Below, piece after piece: positions 62,626-64,000 of a DNA stretch of 64,000 bases. Position 1 is the stretch's first letter. Each line of letters begins with the position of its first letter. This stretch comes from Eledone cirrhosa. Lineage: Eukaryota. The DNA is taken from assembly GCA_964016885.1 (NCBI GenBank), contig OZ024741.1:14446001-14510000 (forward strand), read 5' to 3'. Below the pieces are notes generated by a model, which was given only the letters and a program-made list of their open reading frames with translations, ran no database searches and was not told the origin of the DNA. The position numbers were made by a program, and so were the translations under genes.

Positions 62626-62979
62626 ACCAGAGGAGTAATCCCGTTAACTACTCCAAAGTTCGGTGTGATGGACTAAACCATTATAGTTATTACCCAGTAA
62701 ACCAGTTAAGGAACTCTAAATTATCTGAAACATATTACTGTCAGCAGTTGGTTAGATCTGTATGTATTACAATGTTCTGTTCCAGAAAATAACTGAAGAA
62801 AAGAAAGATATTCAACCTGGATATGGCGCTAGTCTGTTTAACATTTATAGATATCAGTCCCACGGTATAGTTGTATCAACTGAAACAATAGGAAATAAAG
62901 TGTTTTGCTCCTAAACAAGAAATGCCTGCAGTAGATTATAACTTGAAGTCCACAAGCTGATAGTATTGTGGTATAATCT

Positions 62980-63572
62980 CTTTACTTCCCTTTTCCCTGG
63001 ATCTTCCAGTGTTGTGGGGCTGCTGTAGTGTGGAGCAGTAGACCACTTTTATCTTCGTTTTGAACCAAGACTTGAGGTTAGTTTCGAAGTCTTTACCAGT
63101 CCATTCCGTGATGTTATCCACTCGTTTTCTTTTCTTTCGATGTCCTTGTCGTCACTTCCCTGTTCCTTGGAGGATGGACTTTGTCAAACCATCAGATCTT
63201 GTCACATGACTGACTGTACTAGGAGGTTGAGATGGTTAGCTACTTTAACTGGCCAGGGTCACAGCAGGGAATTCTCTAAACATCTTTTCTAGTATCAACA
63301 ACAGAATAAGACCAATATGATGTAACATGAAGATCAGTCTCACAGCTAAACTGAATCTCATGTAGGAGCTTCCTCTGCCATATGGAGACACCCACAGTGG
63401 AATTACTGAGGGAAGAGCTGACATTCAAAATGATTGCTACAGAAAAATCACGGACATCACGTACAGGGAACACAAAAAGCAGGAAATCATTCGCAGTGCA
63501 GTTAGGCAAGATAAGGGCAGCTACCAAGCCCTGTTAGTCTCTGTGAAGAAAAGATAGTCTAATACTCTTGGG
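62980..63572. mobile_element. Old RTE (BovB-like) 3' region with internal inversion
   Basis: Plus strand 63300-63572: RIRPI*..ISLTAKLNLM..CYRKITDITYREH..LLVSVKKR. Minus strand 63210-62980: HVTRSDGLTKSILQGT..DNITEWTG. Confidence 0.65.
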
Positions 63573-63777
63573 TCTCAAACAACGGAGACAACATAGAAAA
63601 ATTACTGATTTTCCTCCGACCTGGCTTATTCCAACTCACCCAGTTATTCCACCCACCCTTATTTGGGACCTGAAAGTAATTTGTGTAAAAAGTAATTTTT
63701 ATTTAATTAATCATGGTGTGTATATTAAGAATAAGCAGCGGACAATTTGAAAACGTTCTCTGCAACGAACGATCTTT

Positions 63778-64000
63778 GTCACCTTTGATAGAAGTACCAG
63801 AGGAATAGGTAACTAATCATCTGATGTCACCTTTGATAGAAGTACCAGAGGAATAGGTAACTAATCATCTGATGTCACCTTTGATAGAAGTACCAGAGGA
63901 ATAGGTAACTAACCATCTGATGTCACCTTTGATAGAAGTACCAGAGGAATAGGTAACTAATCATCTGATGTCACCTTTGATAGAAGTACCAGAGGAATAG
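63778..64000. repeat. 48-bp tandem repeat (gtcacctttgatagaagtaccagaggaataggtaactaatcatctgat), runs off the window
   Basis: Units start at 63778, 63826, 63874, 63922 and 63970. Confidence 0.95.

Overview
Eukaryotic, extremely repeat-rich DNA with no supportable host protein-coding gene. The dense (TA)n/(CA)n/(AAT)n microsatellites and the tRNA-derived SINE families suggest a coleoid cephalopod such as octopus (inference from recalled repeat content). Two clusters, about 8.6-26.4 kb and 40.7-49.9 kb, consist of non-LTR retrotransposons stacked inside (AAT)n tracts with strict polarity. Six Tx1/L1-clade copies (one fully intact, 8690-14718) and a SINE lie on the strand reading (ATT)n. R4/Dong-type restriction-like-endonuclease elements lie on the strand reading (AAT)n. 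The SINE and Tx1 3' ends share a covarying stem-loop (loop CTTGT) followed by AGAAA and (ATT)n, which suggests a Tx1-driven SINE; the same hairpin recurs in both Tx1 5' UTR types. Tx1 copies carry two divergent 5'UTR/ORF1 modules on a near-identical ORF2, and one copy is a recombinant. The window also holds RTE-clade LINEs, CR1/L2-like 3' fragments, Penelope-like elements with inverted pseudo-LTRs and minimal hammerhead-like motifs, short fold-back elements, and 13-, 48- and 52-bp tandem arrays. All alignments were made by eye and boundaries are approximate to a few bases.
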